Positions 1 through 13,005 are shown, counted from the stretch's first letter. The stretch is 64,000 nt of DNA from Macrostomum hystrix (GCA_950097015.1 CATNEN010000001.1:7316001-7380000), one strand, 5' to 3'. Notes: generated by a model not told the origin, from the sequence alone. Numbers and translations are program-made.

Positions 1-2274
1 TACAGTTCCAATGCAGCTGAAAAGAGTTTTTTAGTAGAAAAGCTAAAATGTCTTGTTAAGTTGCTTTTTTTCAGTCCAGATGTCAGTTTCATACGTCCGA
101 CGGTTTTAGCGGTTTCTGGAAGCACGAAGTCATTATTTTGCTGACCTCTGATAAGTATGTCTGCTATTTGCTTGACCTTATTCATAAGCGCCACTTAACT
201 TAACTGCTATAATATAATTTAACCCCCCCCCCCAAATTTCCAGAAATCTGGTTGCAAATTTTTGTTATAGTCAACGGTTTAAAATCTTGCGTCTAATGAA
301 TAATTTTACGTGGCAGTGATCATCAGCATTAAGCAGCATTCAAGACCACGCGCTGTCGTCTCGTGGTTATTCGGTCAAATGACCAGAGCACAGCAATATT
401 TAAATGAATATTTTCTAGATCATACATACAACTTACAAGCTATAGACGAGACAATCAACTTCAAACTTATTTTTTGCCTAGTGCCTGAAATTATTACTAT
501 TTTCACGAGGTGTTGTTGCTGCTTTTAAATGTTTGTTAGGGCCTACTTATATAATGACCATAAAACTGAACTTTGGTAAAAGCCACTTCATTAACGGCAT
601 ACCTCTTCTGTAAAAAAATTAAATCTGATCTGATCTGAATTTATGGTCTAAAATATTATGAAAGGCAAAATATTTCAGTCCTGCTCTTGTACAAATTTGA
701 GATATTAAGATATTACTTTTTTCTTTCTGTGTTTATTAGGCCCTAGCGAGGCGCACAAAGGTACATGTAGTCTAGTCTATATATGTGCATATTTGAAGTG
801 TATTTTTTGAGCAAGAACGATAAACAAAAAGCATTTTTTATTTACAGAACAAAGATAAGCCTTAGGCCCCCTATATATATTTCAAAGAATTTCTTGGTAG
901 CGTATTTAGTTAGTCTAGGTAGTGTATTTAGTTTTTCTGGCCAATACTTTATCATGTGTATGTACTTCTGAGTTGCTATATTAGTTTCTATTATTTCTAT
1001 ATGCTAAATTTCTTATAATTGAATACAATATACAAACAATATTGTTCTTTTTAATTAGCCTAAATCTATCTTCTCTTTTACAAATCACAATAATCTATTT
1101 TGTTTTGATGTACATGTGTTTACTACACTTTACATTGGCATCCAATTAAAAAACTGTCACCTTGGTGTGAAAACCTAGTTTTCTCAATTTTCTTTCTGGT
1201 GTGCTCTAGACTATAGTAGATTCATTTTTAAATCCCTAATTCCCCATGTCTAACTATGTGTAGTCACCCTGTGATAGGGAAGCCATTTAATAGAAAGTGG
1301 TTGTAAAAAACAAGTCAATAGTTTTCTTTTTTAAGAACTTACCTCCCCTGAAATTATTTATTTGAACACTGATTTATTAAACTACTAAAGCTAAAACTTT
1401 TTTATCGGATTGAAGATTAAGAAGCATAAAGTAAAAAAATTCAAAGGCTAATGAATAAGTATTGTATGACAAATAATATACTAAATGCAAGAACAGTGTA
1501 AATTTTTAAAGAAATTTCTAAAGTTTCAGGCTTTTGTCAATGAAATAGTCACTTTTTTACTTTTAATGAGTGCTTGAGTTTCTTTGTGAACACAATATTA
1601 GACAAATAAATAGTATTGAAAACATTAAACCAACACATTCTAACTATTATTAATAATATTACCAGAGTGTATTGTAATAATTACAAACCTAAGTAATTAA
1701 AATTTAATATTTGTACCTTGTCCCTTTGCTTTTTCATTTTTATTTTTGCTTTTATTTTGTTATATATTATATATAAAATTATGTATAATGGAAAGGGCTT
1801 CATTCCAGTTTATGTATGTAACTATAAGGAAGAATGAACAAATGATTATAGTCAGTTGTGAAATTATTGTCAAAGTTATAATCTCTGATTTATTTCTCAA
1901 TAGCTTTTTTCTGTGATTAAAAGAATTTACTTGCTTCTGTGATTTTTAATACAAACTTTTTCAAGGTAAATTTGACTCTCTTATTGAAAGCATGAGCTGA
2001 AATCAAATCAAAGTGTGACATTTTTCATTTGAAGATTAATTTGTTGATGCAATGAAAGTTCTTGACCAGCAGTCAATTATGAATGAATAGGAAATTATTA
2101 GTCGATAGATTAGTTCCCATTAAAAACCCCTTGTACACCACGTCTTTATATATAAAACTACCAGTATTTAATCTTAAATCATTAACTATTCATTAACCTG
2201 GCACTGGTAAACTTTCACTCTAAACAATTTCAGATCCTTTAATCTTATTTAGTTCAATATATAAAGCTATCAAT

Positions 2275-2949
2275 ATGCAGTTTGCTTCTAATGTTGTGCC
2301 TCGATTACTGATTCGTCCGCTGCCGCTGACAGCCTCTTCTCTGTTGACGCCGGCAATTCGTTCACTTCAAACAACACCAAATCTGTCTGCTAAGAAGTAT
2401 GCTAAATATTACTTTACACCAAAGAAGATTTATAAGAAAGAGGAAATTTATCGAGTGCCGGATACTCAGACAATTTTGGAGCATGAGAAGCTCACACATT
2501 TGAGCACACCAGAGGCGGCACCAATCAGTGCAACCGAGTCCGATCTATTGAATCAGCTGATTAGCGCCGTCAATCATCCGCAATCAACATCTGGCAGAGC
2601 GTTCGCCATAGTACACCTAGTTGGCAAACAGTACAAAGTTACTGAAGGCGATCTAGTGCATCTCATTGGCAAGAACATGTTAGCCGAACCGGGTGATCAG
2701 ATCATCCTAGAGAAGGTCCTAGCTTTAGGATTCGCCGATTTTACACTGTACGGCAGGCCGCTATTGTCGCGTCAGTGCGTCACAGTCCGGGCCACCGTAG
2801 TTGAGAAGACCTTAGAGCCGCCAAAGATTAACTTTGAATTTCGTAAGAGGCAAAATTTTCGTAAAATGCAAATTATTCAAACTAATGCTACAGTGCTGCG
2901 CATTAATAGCATCGAGTTAAACAAGGACGCTGTGAGGCAGGCTATGTAG
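2275..2949 (+). CDS. MRPL21: mitochondrial ribosomal protein L21 (bL21m), intronless
   Basis: 224-aa ORF with basic transit-peptide-like N-terminus and L21 motifs FAIVHLVGKQYKVTEGDL...LEKVL...GRPLL...VRATVVEKT; AATAAA at ~3076. Confidence 0.95.
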   Translation: MQFASNVVPRLLIRPLPLTASSLLTPAIRSLQTTPNLSAKKYAKYYFTPKKIYKKEEIYRVPDTQTILEHEKLTHLSTPEAAPISATESDLLNQLISAVNHPQSTSGRAFAIVHLVGKQYKVTEGDLVHLIGKNMLAEPGDQIILEKVLALGFADFTLYGRPLLSRQCVTVRATVVEKTLEPPKINFEFRKRQNFRKMQIIQTNATVLRINSIELNKDAVRQAM

Positions 2950-3157
2950 TTATTAATTTGCAACTCGTTTCTAGCTTTCGAAATCATTTTTTTACATTAT
3001 AAAGTCAAGGTAGAGCTGAAATAATGTATTTTCTGTGTGCATTTTTTGCTACCGTAATATTACCATCGCTTCACTAATAAAAATGTGAATTTGCAAAAGA
3101 GTAAGATTTTCATCAACTTGTGTTAGTTTATTGTTTTTTATTTTCATAAAAAAACCT

Positions 3158-3340
3158 GGAAGTCGAGGGTTCGAATCTAGCTTAAGGAAAACAGTTTTTA
3201 GGGGCCCGGCTGCGAAGAACAGGCTTGGTGGCTTATGATGCTAATCACGACCACCATCGGGTCAACCACACTACTAGGCACAGTGAGAGTGTACACCGCC
3301 TGACAATGCTCAGTGGTCAGACAAATGGGGCAGAATTACT
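3158..3340 (+). mobile_element. SINE remnant related to family A
   Basis: B box GGTTCGAATC; GGCACAGTGAGAGTGTACACCGCCTGACAATG shared with family A. Confidence 0.6.
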
Positions 3341-3456
3341 GGTTGAAGTGTAACTTAAATGTTTAGTTTATAAGCCGTTACTATGGCAACAGATTCAAGT
3401 TTCGAAATCATAATATCCCCCCTCCCCTCTAATTTCAGATTATATAAGAAAACAAA

Positions 3457-4215
3457 ATGCTGTCGTTTATTTCGCGTGTAATGCCAATGGCCGTTCGACC
3501 ACCTACCGGCGCCTCCGTTGCAGCTGTCAATCAGATTCGTCGCCTAAGCGACAAACTATTCGTTCATCGCGACTCGCCCGAGAACAATCCGGACGTGCCG
3601 TTCGAATTTACGCCGGAGAATTTGGAACGAGCTCGCAGTCTGATCTCCAATTATCCAGTTGGACACGAGCGGGCTGCTATGATGCCCCTGCTGGACTTGG
3701 CGCAGAGACAGCACGGCGGCTGGCTGCCGATATCGGCTATGCACAAAGTTGCCGATATGCTGAAAGTGCCCAGAATGCGCGTGTACGAAGTGGCCACATT
3801 CTACACGATGTACAATCGCGATCCAATCGGTAAATATCATGTACAGGTGTGCACTACAACCCCCTGCATGCTTGGCGGCTGCGGTTCCACATCCATCATG
3901 GACACCTGCCAGAAGGTGCTCGGCTTGAAGCCCGGACAGACTAGCTCCGATAGATTGTTCACCCTATCCGAGGTTGAATGCCTCGGCGCCTGCGTTAACG
4001 CTCCAATGATCCAGATTAATGACGATTATTACGAAGATTTAACACCGGAAGATACGGAGACCATTTTGACTGCCCTACGAAATGGCGATAAGCCGCCAAA
4101 ACCCGGGCCGCAATCTGGTCAAGATCGGCGGCATTGTTGCGAACCGAAGGGCGGCTTGACGTCCCTAACCGAACCACCGAAAGGTCCGGGATTTAAAGTT
4201 CTGCCGGATTTGTAA
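3457..4215 (+). CDS. NDUFV2: NADH:ubiquinone oxidoreductase 24-kDa subunit (flavoprotein 2), intronless
   Basis: [22 protein letters not shown], and [2Fe-2S] ligands VCTTTPCML and [11 protein letters not shown]. Confidence 0.98.
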   Translation: MLSFISRVMPMAVRPPTGASVAAVNQIRRLSDKLFVHRDSPENNPDVPFEFTPENLERARSLISNYPVGHERAAMMPLLDLAQRQHGGWLPISAMHKVADMLKVPRMRVYEVATFYTMYNRDPIGKYHVQVCTTTPCMLGGCGSTSIMDTCQKVLGLKPGQTSSDRLFTLSEVECLGACVNAPMIQINDDYYEDLTPEDTETILTALRNGDKPPKPGPQSGQDRRHCCEPKGGLTSLTEPPKGPGFKVLPDL

Positions 4216-4669
4216 ATCGCCTTTGACTCTGGACCGATTTCTCCGCTTTCGCTTACTGATAGTAGTCTGTTGTGACATTTTTTGTTTTTTTTTAAACAAA
4301 AAATATTCGATAGATTAGTGTGGCTCCTCTTTTTTGAACGCCCATATGGTAAATAGGAGATAAATTAGCATTACAAATTATAATTAGCACATTTTAATAT
4401 CCCGCCTCAATGTCAAATTAATCTATGCCTTGTAAGTAAAATAATATATAATAGAATCAGCATGAAAACTATAACTATTTGCTAGTAAATAGACAATGTT
4501 CTATTAAATATATGCTTTCTGTTATTATTTATCAAAGTAGGTATTTTATGTAGATTATTTATTTATTGATTTATTCCCTTTTCGGATAATTTTAGTTTAA
4601 TAGGTCATGTGGGAAGTTAATTCTTTAGTAAGTATCATGTCAGGTCGTAAACTAGGATTTAGATTCAAT

Positions 4670-5890
4670 TTGTCATTGTGAGGTCATGTATGTCATACTA
4701 TGATCTACATTCCATTGGTTATAGTGAATTCATGTATGGTCATACTATGATCTAGATTCCATTGGTCATAGTGAGGTCATGTGTGTCAAACTATGATCTA
4801 GATTCCATTGGTCATAGTGAGGTCATGTGTGTCAAACTATGATCTAGATTCCATTGGTCATAGTGAGGTCATGTATGGTCATACTATGGTCTAGATTCGA
4901 TTGGTCATAGTGAGGTCTTGTATGGCCATACTATTATCTAGATTCTATTGATCATATAGTGAGACCATGAGTTGTCATACTATGGTCTAGATTCGATTGG
5001 TCATAGTGAGGTCTTGTATGGCCATACTATTATCTAGATTCTATTGATCATATAGTGAGACCATGAGTTGTCATACTATGACCTAGATTCCATTGGTCAT
5101 AGTGAGGTCATGTGTGTCAAACTATGATCTAGATTCCATTGGTCTTAGTGAGGTCATGTGTGTCAAACTATGATCTAGATTCCATTGGTCATAGTGAGGT
5201 CATGTGTGTCAAACTATGATCTAGATTCCATTGGTCATAGTGAGGTCATGTGTGTCAAACTATGATCTAGATTCCATTGGTCATAGTGAGGTCATGTGTG
5301 TCAAACTATGATCTAGATTCCATTGGTCATAGTGAGGTCATGTGTGTCAAACTATGATCTAGATTCCATTGGTCTTAGTGAGGTCATGTGTGTCAAACTA
5401 TGATCTAGATTCCATTGGTCATAGTGAGGTCATGTGTGTCAAACTATGATCTAGATTCCATTGGTCATAGTGAGGTCATGTGTGTCAAACTATGATCTAG
5501 ATTCGATTGGTCATAGTGAGGTCATGTGTGTCAAACTATGATCTAGATTCCATTGGTCATAGTGAGGTCATGTGTGTCAAACTATGATCTAGATTCCATT
5601 GGTCTTAGTGAGGTCATGTATGGTCATACTATGATTTAGATTCCATTGGTCTTAGTGAGGTCATGTATGGTCATACTATGATCTAGATTCCATTGGTCTT
5701 AGTGAGGTCATGTATGGTCATACTATGATCTAGATTCCATTGGTCTTAGTGAGGTCATGTATGGTCATACTATGATTTAGATTCAATTGGTCATAGTGTG
5801 GTCATGTATGGTCATACTATGATCTAGATTCCATTGGTCATATAGTGAGGCCATGAGTTGTCATACTATGACCTTGATTCCATTGGTCAT
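4670..5890. repeat. 46-bp minisatellite GTCATAGTGAGGTCATGTGTGTCAAACTATGATCTAGATTCCATTG (~26 copies)
   Basis: Visible tandem array between NDUFV2 and SLC35B1. Confidence 0.95.
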
Positions 5891-6007
5891 CAATTTTAAT
5901 TAGAAATGTAAATTATTTTAAAATAAATTTCAGCTTTTTCCTCTTTGTGCTTTGAACTAAGTTTTTTTGTGAACAAGGATACAAATCTATCGACTCAATT
6001 CAAAGCA

Positions 6008-9000
6008 ATGTCAAAAGAAAAAGGTAACAGCCAGCAGCAGCAGCAGAGGCATTCTATGCTCGAATTTCTAGTGTTTGCTATCGGCATATTTGTTAGCTAC
6101 TTTCTTTACGGCCTGCTTCAGGAGAAAATGTAAGTTCATACTGCTGTGCTCAGTCTTTACACTGATCAAATTCTTTGGGCCTTCAGTCTCTTCCTTTAGC
6201 CTCTTCAGGCCATCAGTCTCATCCTTCAGGCCTTGATTCTCATCCTTCAGGCCTTTAGTCTCATCCTTCAGGCCTTGATTCTCATCCTTCAGGCCTTTAG
6301 TCTCATCCTTCAGGCCTTGAGTCTTATCCTTCAGGCCTTCAGTCTCATCCTTCAGGCCTTCAGTCTCATCCTTCAGGCCTTCAGTCTCATCCTTCAGGGA
6401 TTGATTCTCATCCTTCAGGCCTTGATTCTCATCCTTCAGGCCTTCAGTCTCATCCTTCAGGCATTGAGTCTCATCCTTCAGGCCTTGATTCTCATCCTTC
6501 AGGCCTTGAGTCTTATCCTTCAGGCCTTCAGTCTCATCCTTCAGGCATTGATTCTCATCCTTCAGGCCTTGATTCTCATCCTTCAGGCCTTGATTCTCAT
6601 CCTTCAGGCCTTGATTCTCATCCTTCAGGCCTTGATTCTCATCCTTCAGGCCTTGAGTCTTATCCTTCAGGCCTTCAGTCTCATCCTTCAGGCATTGATT
6701 CTCATCCTTCAGGCCTTGATTCTCATCCTTCAGGCCTTGATTCTCATCCTTCAGGCCTTCAGTCTCATCCTTCAGGCGTTCAGTCTTATCATTTAGCCTC
6801 ACTTTTCATGCCTTCAGGCACTCGATCTCAACCTCGATTGATGTATCTGCTGCCTTACGTAACAAAGTTGGTCAGAACCATATGATCAAATAATGCAGTG
6901 CACTTTAATTAATATAATAATCACTTTACAATGTTTTTTTGCAGAACCAAAACCGAGTATGGCTTGGACAAGCAGACATTCACTTTCACTTGCAGTATGG
7001 TACTGATTCAGTGCATTATCAATGCCGCTTTTGCTGTTATTGGTAAGCGGAGTTTGAAAATCCATTGATTAGTAATATGATCCCATGACTATTTTTTACT
7101 TTATTTTTCTCACATGCTAACCTAATCAAAATTCTCATTTTTTAAGTTCCCGTCGTAATGTCATCGTACAGTTCGGATACATCCGAAAACACTTGGCGCG
7201 TTCCCAAAAATGCTTCCGTCTATATGTTTGCCCTGGCTGCGTTTACCTACATTACAGCTATGTGGTCTAGCAATGCGTCACTGCAGTTTGTGTCCTATCC
7301 AACTCAGGTTAGTGCTTTGTATTGAACTGGCAGTTGGGATCTGGCGAGAATATCGGGAAGGGATCCGGCGAGAATATCGGGATCTTTTGAAAGAATTAGG
7401 GGATCTGGGGAGAATATCGGGATCTTGGGAAACAATTAGGGATCTGGGAAGAATATCGGGATCTTTTGAAACAATTAGGGGATCTGGGGAGAATATCGGG
7501 ATCTTGGAAACAATTAGGGATCTGGGGAGAATATGGGGATTTTTTAAAACAATTAGGGGATCTGGGGAGAAAATCGGGATCTTGGAAACAATTAGGGATC
7601 TGGGGAGAATATGGGGATTTTTTAAAACAATTAGGGGATCTGGGGAGAAAATCGGGATCTTGGAAACAATTAGGGATCTGGGGAGAATATGGGGATTTTT
7701 TAAAACAATTAGGGGATCTGGGGAGAATATCGGGATCTTGGAAACAATTAGGGATCTGGGGAGAATATGGGGATTTTTTAAAACAATTAGGGGATCTGGG
7801 GAGAAAATCGGGATCTTTTGAAACAATTAGGGGATCTGGGGAGAATATCGGGATCTTGGAAACAATTAGGGATCTGTGGAGGATAGCGGGATCTTTTAAA
7901 ACAATTAGGGATCTGGGGAGAATATCGGAATCTTTTGATACTATTAGGGATCTGGGGAGAATATCGGGATCTTTTGATACAATTAAGGATCTAGTGAGAA
8001 TATCGGGATCTTGGGAAACAATTATCGGATCTAGGGAGAAAATTGCGATCTTGGGAAACAATTTGGGATCTGGGGAGAAATTTGTGATCTAGAAAACTTA
8101 TTGCGGGTCTGAGAAGACAATTAGGGATGTGGGGTGAAAGTTTTGGATCCATGGGGGGGAAATGAGATATTTTGAAATGAATTGGGAATGTAGAAAACCG
8201 ATTAGGTATCTTGGGAGAAAATAGGGATCTGTGAAGACAATTGGGGATCTAAGGACAAAATTTAGGGATCTGCAGACGAAAATAGTAGCTATTTGGAGAC
8301 GATGCGGAACTGAAATTAGGGAAATCTGGGAAAGTACAGCAGATTAGAATCTAGAAGTTAGAATCTGTATTACTGAAGCTGCTAATTTAGGATTATGGGA
8401 TTAAACACACTTACGTATTCCATTAATTTCTCCCTCAGGTGCTTGGCAAATCCTGCAAGCCCATCCCTGTGATGCTGCTCGGCCTGTTATTTGGCAAACG
8501 CTATCCTATAATCAAATATCTGCTAGTACTCATCATTGTTGTTGGCGTTTCGCTATTCCTAATGAAAAATACTAAATCTAAGGGACCGGACACTGATCAT
8601 AGTTTCGGATTTGGAGAATTCCTACTGGTAAGTTTAAAAGTATATACGGCGTACTATTCTATATTTTTTTCTAGAAGAGATAATCGATTCATAATTCTCT
8701 TTCAGCTGGTGTCGCTTCTCTGCGACGGACTAACTGGCCTAGTGCAAGACCGCATCTGCCTGAAGCATAGCTCTGTGTCTAGCTTTGCCATGATGTTTCA
8801 GATGAACTTGTGGTCTACTCTCTACCTATTTGTTGGTGAGTATCTGATGGTATCACTATAGCTGAAAACAACTTTGATAAAATCTATTTTGAGTAGCTTA
8901 AATCTATTTTGAGTAGCTCAAATCTATTTTGAGTAGCTCAAATCTATTATGAGTAGCTTAAATCTATTGTGAGTAGATCTAATTAATTTTGAATAGATCA

Positions 9001-9682
9001 AGTCTATTTTTAGCAGCTCAAGTCTATTTTTAGTAGCTCAAAAATCTATTTTTAGTAGCTCAAGTCTATTTTTAGCAGCTCAAGTCTATTTTTAGCAGCT
9101 TTAGTCTATTTTTAGCAGCTCAAGTCTATTTTTAGCAGCTTAAGTCTATTTTTAGCAGCTTAAGTCTATTTTTAGCAGCTCAAATCTATTTTTTGTAGCT
9201 CAAATCATTATTAAGTAGCTCAAACAAATTTTGAGTACATTAACTGACATTCTTTACATTTTCTCTATCGAATATAATTTTCAGTTGCCATAGCAACTGG
9301 CGAGCTAGCCCAGTTTCTCAGCTTCGTAATACAATACCACACAGCCCTGTGGGATATTCTCCTATTCAGCCTGTGCAGCGCGCTTGGTCAATTGTTTATC
9401 TTTGCCACTGTGGTGAATTACGGCCCTCTAAACTGTTCTCTGGTGACAACCACTAGAAAATTCTTCACTATTCTAGGCTCTGTTATTCTATTCAGGCATC
9501 CGTTAACAACGAGACAATGGCTAGGCACATGTTTAGTATTTGTTGGTCTATTCGGTGAATCGTTAGTTAAACGCAAGCCAAAGAGCTCAACTGACAATGT
9601 TGGACCTGTTGATAAGAAAACTAGCCCAGCGGCAAAAACTGATGCGGCCGGCAATAAGAATGGAAGGAATAAAGTGCAATGA
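6008..9682 (+). CDS. SLC35B1: SLC35B1 (UGTrel1/AXER-type nucleotide-sugar/ATP transporter), 6 exons
   Basis: GT-AG exons 6008-6129, 6945-7042, 7147-7307, 8439-8627, 8706-8835, 9285-9682; motifs [61 protein letters not shown]. Confidence 0.92.
6175..6820. repeat. 21-bp minisatellite TCTCATCCTTCAGGCCTTGAT, SLC35B1 intron 1
   Basis: Visible tandem array. Confidence 0.95.
7335..8270. repeat. 38-39-bp minisatellite GGGATCTGGGGAGAATATCGGGATCTTGGAAACAATTA, SLC35B1 intron 3
   Basis: Visible tandem array with higher-order alternation. Confidence 0.95.
8878..9235. repeat. 20-bp minisatellite AAGTCTATTTTTAGCAGCTC, SLC35B1 intron 5
   Basis: Visible tandem array. Confidence 0.9.
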
Positions 9683-9939
9683 CTGTTTACTTTTTTCTTG
9701 GCTTTAAAAGAAACAGTTTTAATCCGCCTAAACTTCAACTTGATTATCAGCTGGCTACAAGCTTGACGATAAACTTGGAATGCCCTGTTCAATTTATTTC
9801 ACTCTTTTATTAGATCTTTTCTCTGTCTTGTTTTAATCGTATCAATTATTTTATCACGCTTACTTGTCTAGCCCGATAAGATAGTGGTGTGACGACACGA
9901 CTTTATGTCTAGGTTGGGTCTGTTTGCGATGTATAAACT

Positions 9940-10130
9940 TTTGTCTGTTCTGTTTAACTGCCTTGTCTGTCTGAGAGTCTGTCTGTCAACAGTTTTATCT
10001 GTCTTGTCTGTCTGTCTTGTCCGTCTATCTTGTCTGTCTGTCTGTCTTTTTAACAGTGTTGTCTGTCTGTCAACAGTTTGTCTGTCTTGTCTGTTTGCCT
10101 GTCTGTCTGCCTGTCTGTCCATCTGTCCGT
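9940..10130. repeat. degenerate (GTCT)n microsatellite
   Basis: Visible. Confidence 0.8.
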
Positions 10131-10600
10131 TTCTAAAGCTTTTGATATTGAAATCCGATTCTGTCGACACACCGCTGTCTGAAGATTTTAATTTTTGTCT
10201 TTTTGTCTGTGCGCCTAATCTAAAATATTTCAACATGGAAAATAACTCGACAATTCTACCTGCATTAAACTGTCGTAGTCTTTGTTTGCGCTTCTTTATT
10301 GTTTCGTGATTTGTTTTGTGCAGACATTATCCAGCTCTGCCTAGGATCTATCTAGGCAGAATCTGAGTCACTACATAAAATACCTGTTTTCCTCTGCAAT
10401 CAAATTACTAGTATTTTGCAGCTGTGTCAATCTGTGTCAATTTACACGTACTAGTGTTAGTAGCAGCTGTGAAATGTCGTGCTTTTAAAACTATGAAAAC
10501 AATTATAACGCATGTTAGGGAGAAATCTGTTTAAAAGAATTTGTCTTATGTTACGTTTCAATTTTTTGTTCTCAGATTTTTTTGTTAAAATTTAGATTTT

Positions 10601-11020
10601 CCCGCTAAAAAATAGGGATATTTCTTTGGGTGATTCCAGTTGGAATCTGCGGTGTTTCCAGAAAAAGAAACAGCCGAACGCTGGAAACATACCAATCGGA
10701 TGATTCCATGCTTAGAATCTACCCAACTGGGCGTTTCCTCGGTGCTTCTTGGTGGCGAAATGGAATCACCCAAAGAATCCTCCAGTTCGGAAGATTCCAT
10801 GCTCAGAAACCGCCGAGGAATCGCCCGTAAATAATTCTCTGGTTGTCCCATGGGCCACTGGTTCGGGTGATTCTTCGGCGGTTTCCGCACAATTTACGGT
10901 TACATCGGCTGCTTCCTGGGTGGTTTCTTTAACTCTTGCGAGAAAGGGGGGATTTTGGTACATTCCTCTCTTATTTTGCACAAAAAACCCGCCGAAGAAG
11001 CAGCCGAATTTTTTACAGGG
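10601..11020. mobile_element. MITE-like non-autonomous DNA transposon, CMC/EnSpm-like
   Basis: Imperfect TIR CCCGCTAAAAAAT / ATTTTTTACAGGG, flanking TT 2-bp duplication, internal direct and inverted GAAGCAGCCGAA-like subterminal repeats. Confidence 0.6.
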
Positions 11021-11679
11021 TTGTCTCTGAAAATTTAATTTAGGATATGAGAAGAAAATAAGATCGTAGAGAGAATTTTATAAAATGTCTGATCTTCAAC
11101 TTAACTACTCATTTTGCTAATAGTAGTAACATTCGCTCGTATGTTCCGAATGTTTATTCGTGTGTTTTTCTCATCAAAAAATAGTTTCCTGTTAAAGACG
11201 GACTATCATTCAATAAGTAAGTATCGTTATTCTAATGAGTTCTTGTTGGTATTTGTTTCTTTATAATTTATTTTTTGGTTGATATGCTTTAGAATTTAAA
11301 TTACATTTTCAAATTTCTTTGCTTGTTTGAAACGAAGTCGAATTTTCCGAGTTTGCCAAAAGAACTGAATTCTTCGAAGCGTTATTAGTTTGTAAGTCCT
11401 GTTTCTGATCTTATTGCCAGTTACAATTTTATCAAAATTTGTTGTTTGCAGATTTCAACTAAGCATAAGAGCGTATTGGGCACATTTCCTTGTTTTTCTT
11501 TTTCTGTCAGCAAAAATCTAACCAATGGAATAAATTAAAACAAGGAATAAGATAAGACGGTCGCAGCTCTTTAGTTGTCTCATATTCACTTTTGTCTGTT
11601 GTGAAAAATCATTTTAAATTATGTGGAATTGTTCTTTGTTTCAGTTAATTTTTCGCTTTATTGCCTACTGAGGTAAATG

Positions 11680-12075
11680 CTTGCGGAGTAAGGTGAGCGT
11701 TTACGGAGTGAGATGGGTGCTTAAGGAGTGAGGTTGGTGCTTAAGGAGTGAGGTGGGTGCTTGCGGAATGATGTGTGTGCTTACGGAGTGAGGTGGGTGC
11801 TTACGGAGTAAGGTAAGCGTTTACGGAGTGAGGTGGGTGCTTACGGGGTAAGGTACGCGTTTACGGAGTGAGGTGGGTGCTTGCGGAGTGAGGTGGGTGC
11901 TTGCGAAGTGAGGTGGGTGCTTGCGGAGTGAGGTTTGTGCTTGCGGAGTGAGGTGGGTGCTTACGGAGTAAGGTACGCGTTTACGAAGTGAGGTGGGTGC
12001 TTGCGGAGTGAGGTTGGTGCTTACGGAGGATTGGTTGCTTACGGAGTAGGGTGTGTGTCTACGGAGTGAGGTGGT
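11680..12075. repeat. 20-bp minisatellite GGAGTGAGGTGGGTGCTTAC
   Basis: Visible tandem array. Confidence 0.95.
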
Positions 12076-12324
12076 CTCTTAATGAAGGATTTGGATGCTT
12101 CTGAGTACTTTCGATAGTAATTGTCGATAGTTATTGTTGATTTGTTGCTATTTGCTAACTAGGGTTACTGTTATGGTATACAATCGTACAAGGCGCCAAT
12201 TAGCAAACTTTAATATTCTTTATACGTTACTTTAGTTAATAGTTTATCCTTCTTACTTACTGAACTAGTCGTCAAGCAAACTTTTTTTACTTTACTTCAA
12301 TTCAAGAAGCGACAGACTCTGAAG

Positions 12325-12535
12325 TTTTCAGCCAATCAGATGCTTGCAGGTGTTTGCCAGTTGGAAATCTAAATTATAGGCTCTAAAAGGCCACTGCACA
12401 GTGATTGCCATGCAGTCGCCGTCCTCGGCTTTGCTGGCTTCTTTGTAGCCAAACCCCTTCTGATTGGACAATAGATCAAGTCTATTGTTCTGAGTATAAA
12501 AAGTCCTGCAGCTGCTAGCCTAACCTGTCACTGCT
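12325..12535 (+). promoter_or_regulatory. putative Pol II core promoter of the cysteine-rich peptide gene
   Basis: CCAAT 12332, ATTGG 12463, TATAAAAA 12495-12502, TCACT initiator-like at ~12528; then a non-coding exon ending at AAG|GTGAGA (12658/12659). Confidence 0.5.
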
Positions 12536-12769
12536 CTTCAAGGCAATTAGCTTTCTTGATATATCAATAATTAACTTGTTATTAGTTGTTTACATCAATA
12601 ATATTGGCTTATAAATATACATAGAATAAATCTACAACGTGAGGAACATCACTTGAAGGTGAGATATTTTACTATCAGAACATAATTTACTCATTTATTA
12701 TACAACTGTCGAAGCCGTTTTTATAACTTTTTCGCAACATATCGGCTTGCTCGATGTCAGCCGGTGAGA

Positions 12770-13005
12770 GAAAGTCAGATGTACACACCTGTGTGAGTAT
12801 GTGCTCAGGGATAAACGGAACACAGGAACACACTCACACAGGTGTGCACATATGCACTGACTTTCTCATAGTCAGGCAGTGTACACTCACTGTGCCTTGG
12901 AGGTTGGCCCTCAATGGCGTAAGTTGCATGACGATGCTTCAAGCCTTCTGAATGAATGAATGTAGCCTCGCTGCGGAATCGAACTCAATGACCTTGGTGC
13001 GTCAG
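12770..13005 (-). mobile_element. SINE family A fragment, rearranged
   Basis: CACTGTGCCTTGGAGGTTGGCCCTCAA and GCGGAATCGAACTC homology, with an inverted segment at 12770-12830. Confidence 0.7.

Noticed and set aside
4670-5890. CRISPR-like array
   Set aside because: Head-to-tail units without unique spacers, no cas genes, eukaryotic context; the same applies to all arrays here
6068-6802. ORFs (LKDENQG)n and (LILILQA)n
   Set aside because: Translations of a 21-bp intronic minisatellite; SLC35B1 splices across it
7210-8092. Four overlapping repetitive ORFs
   Set aside because: Stop-free frames of an intronic tandem repeat
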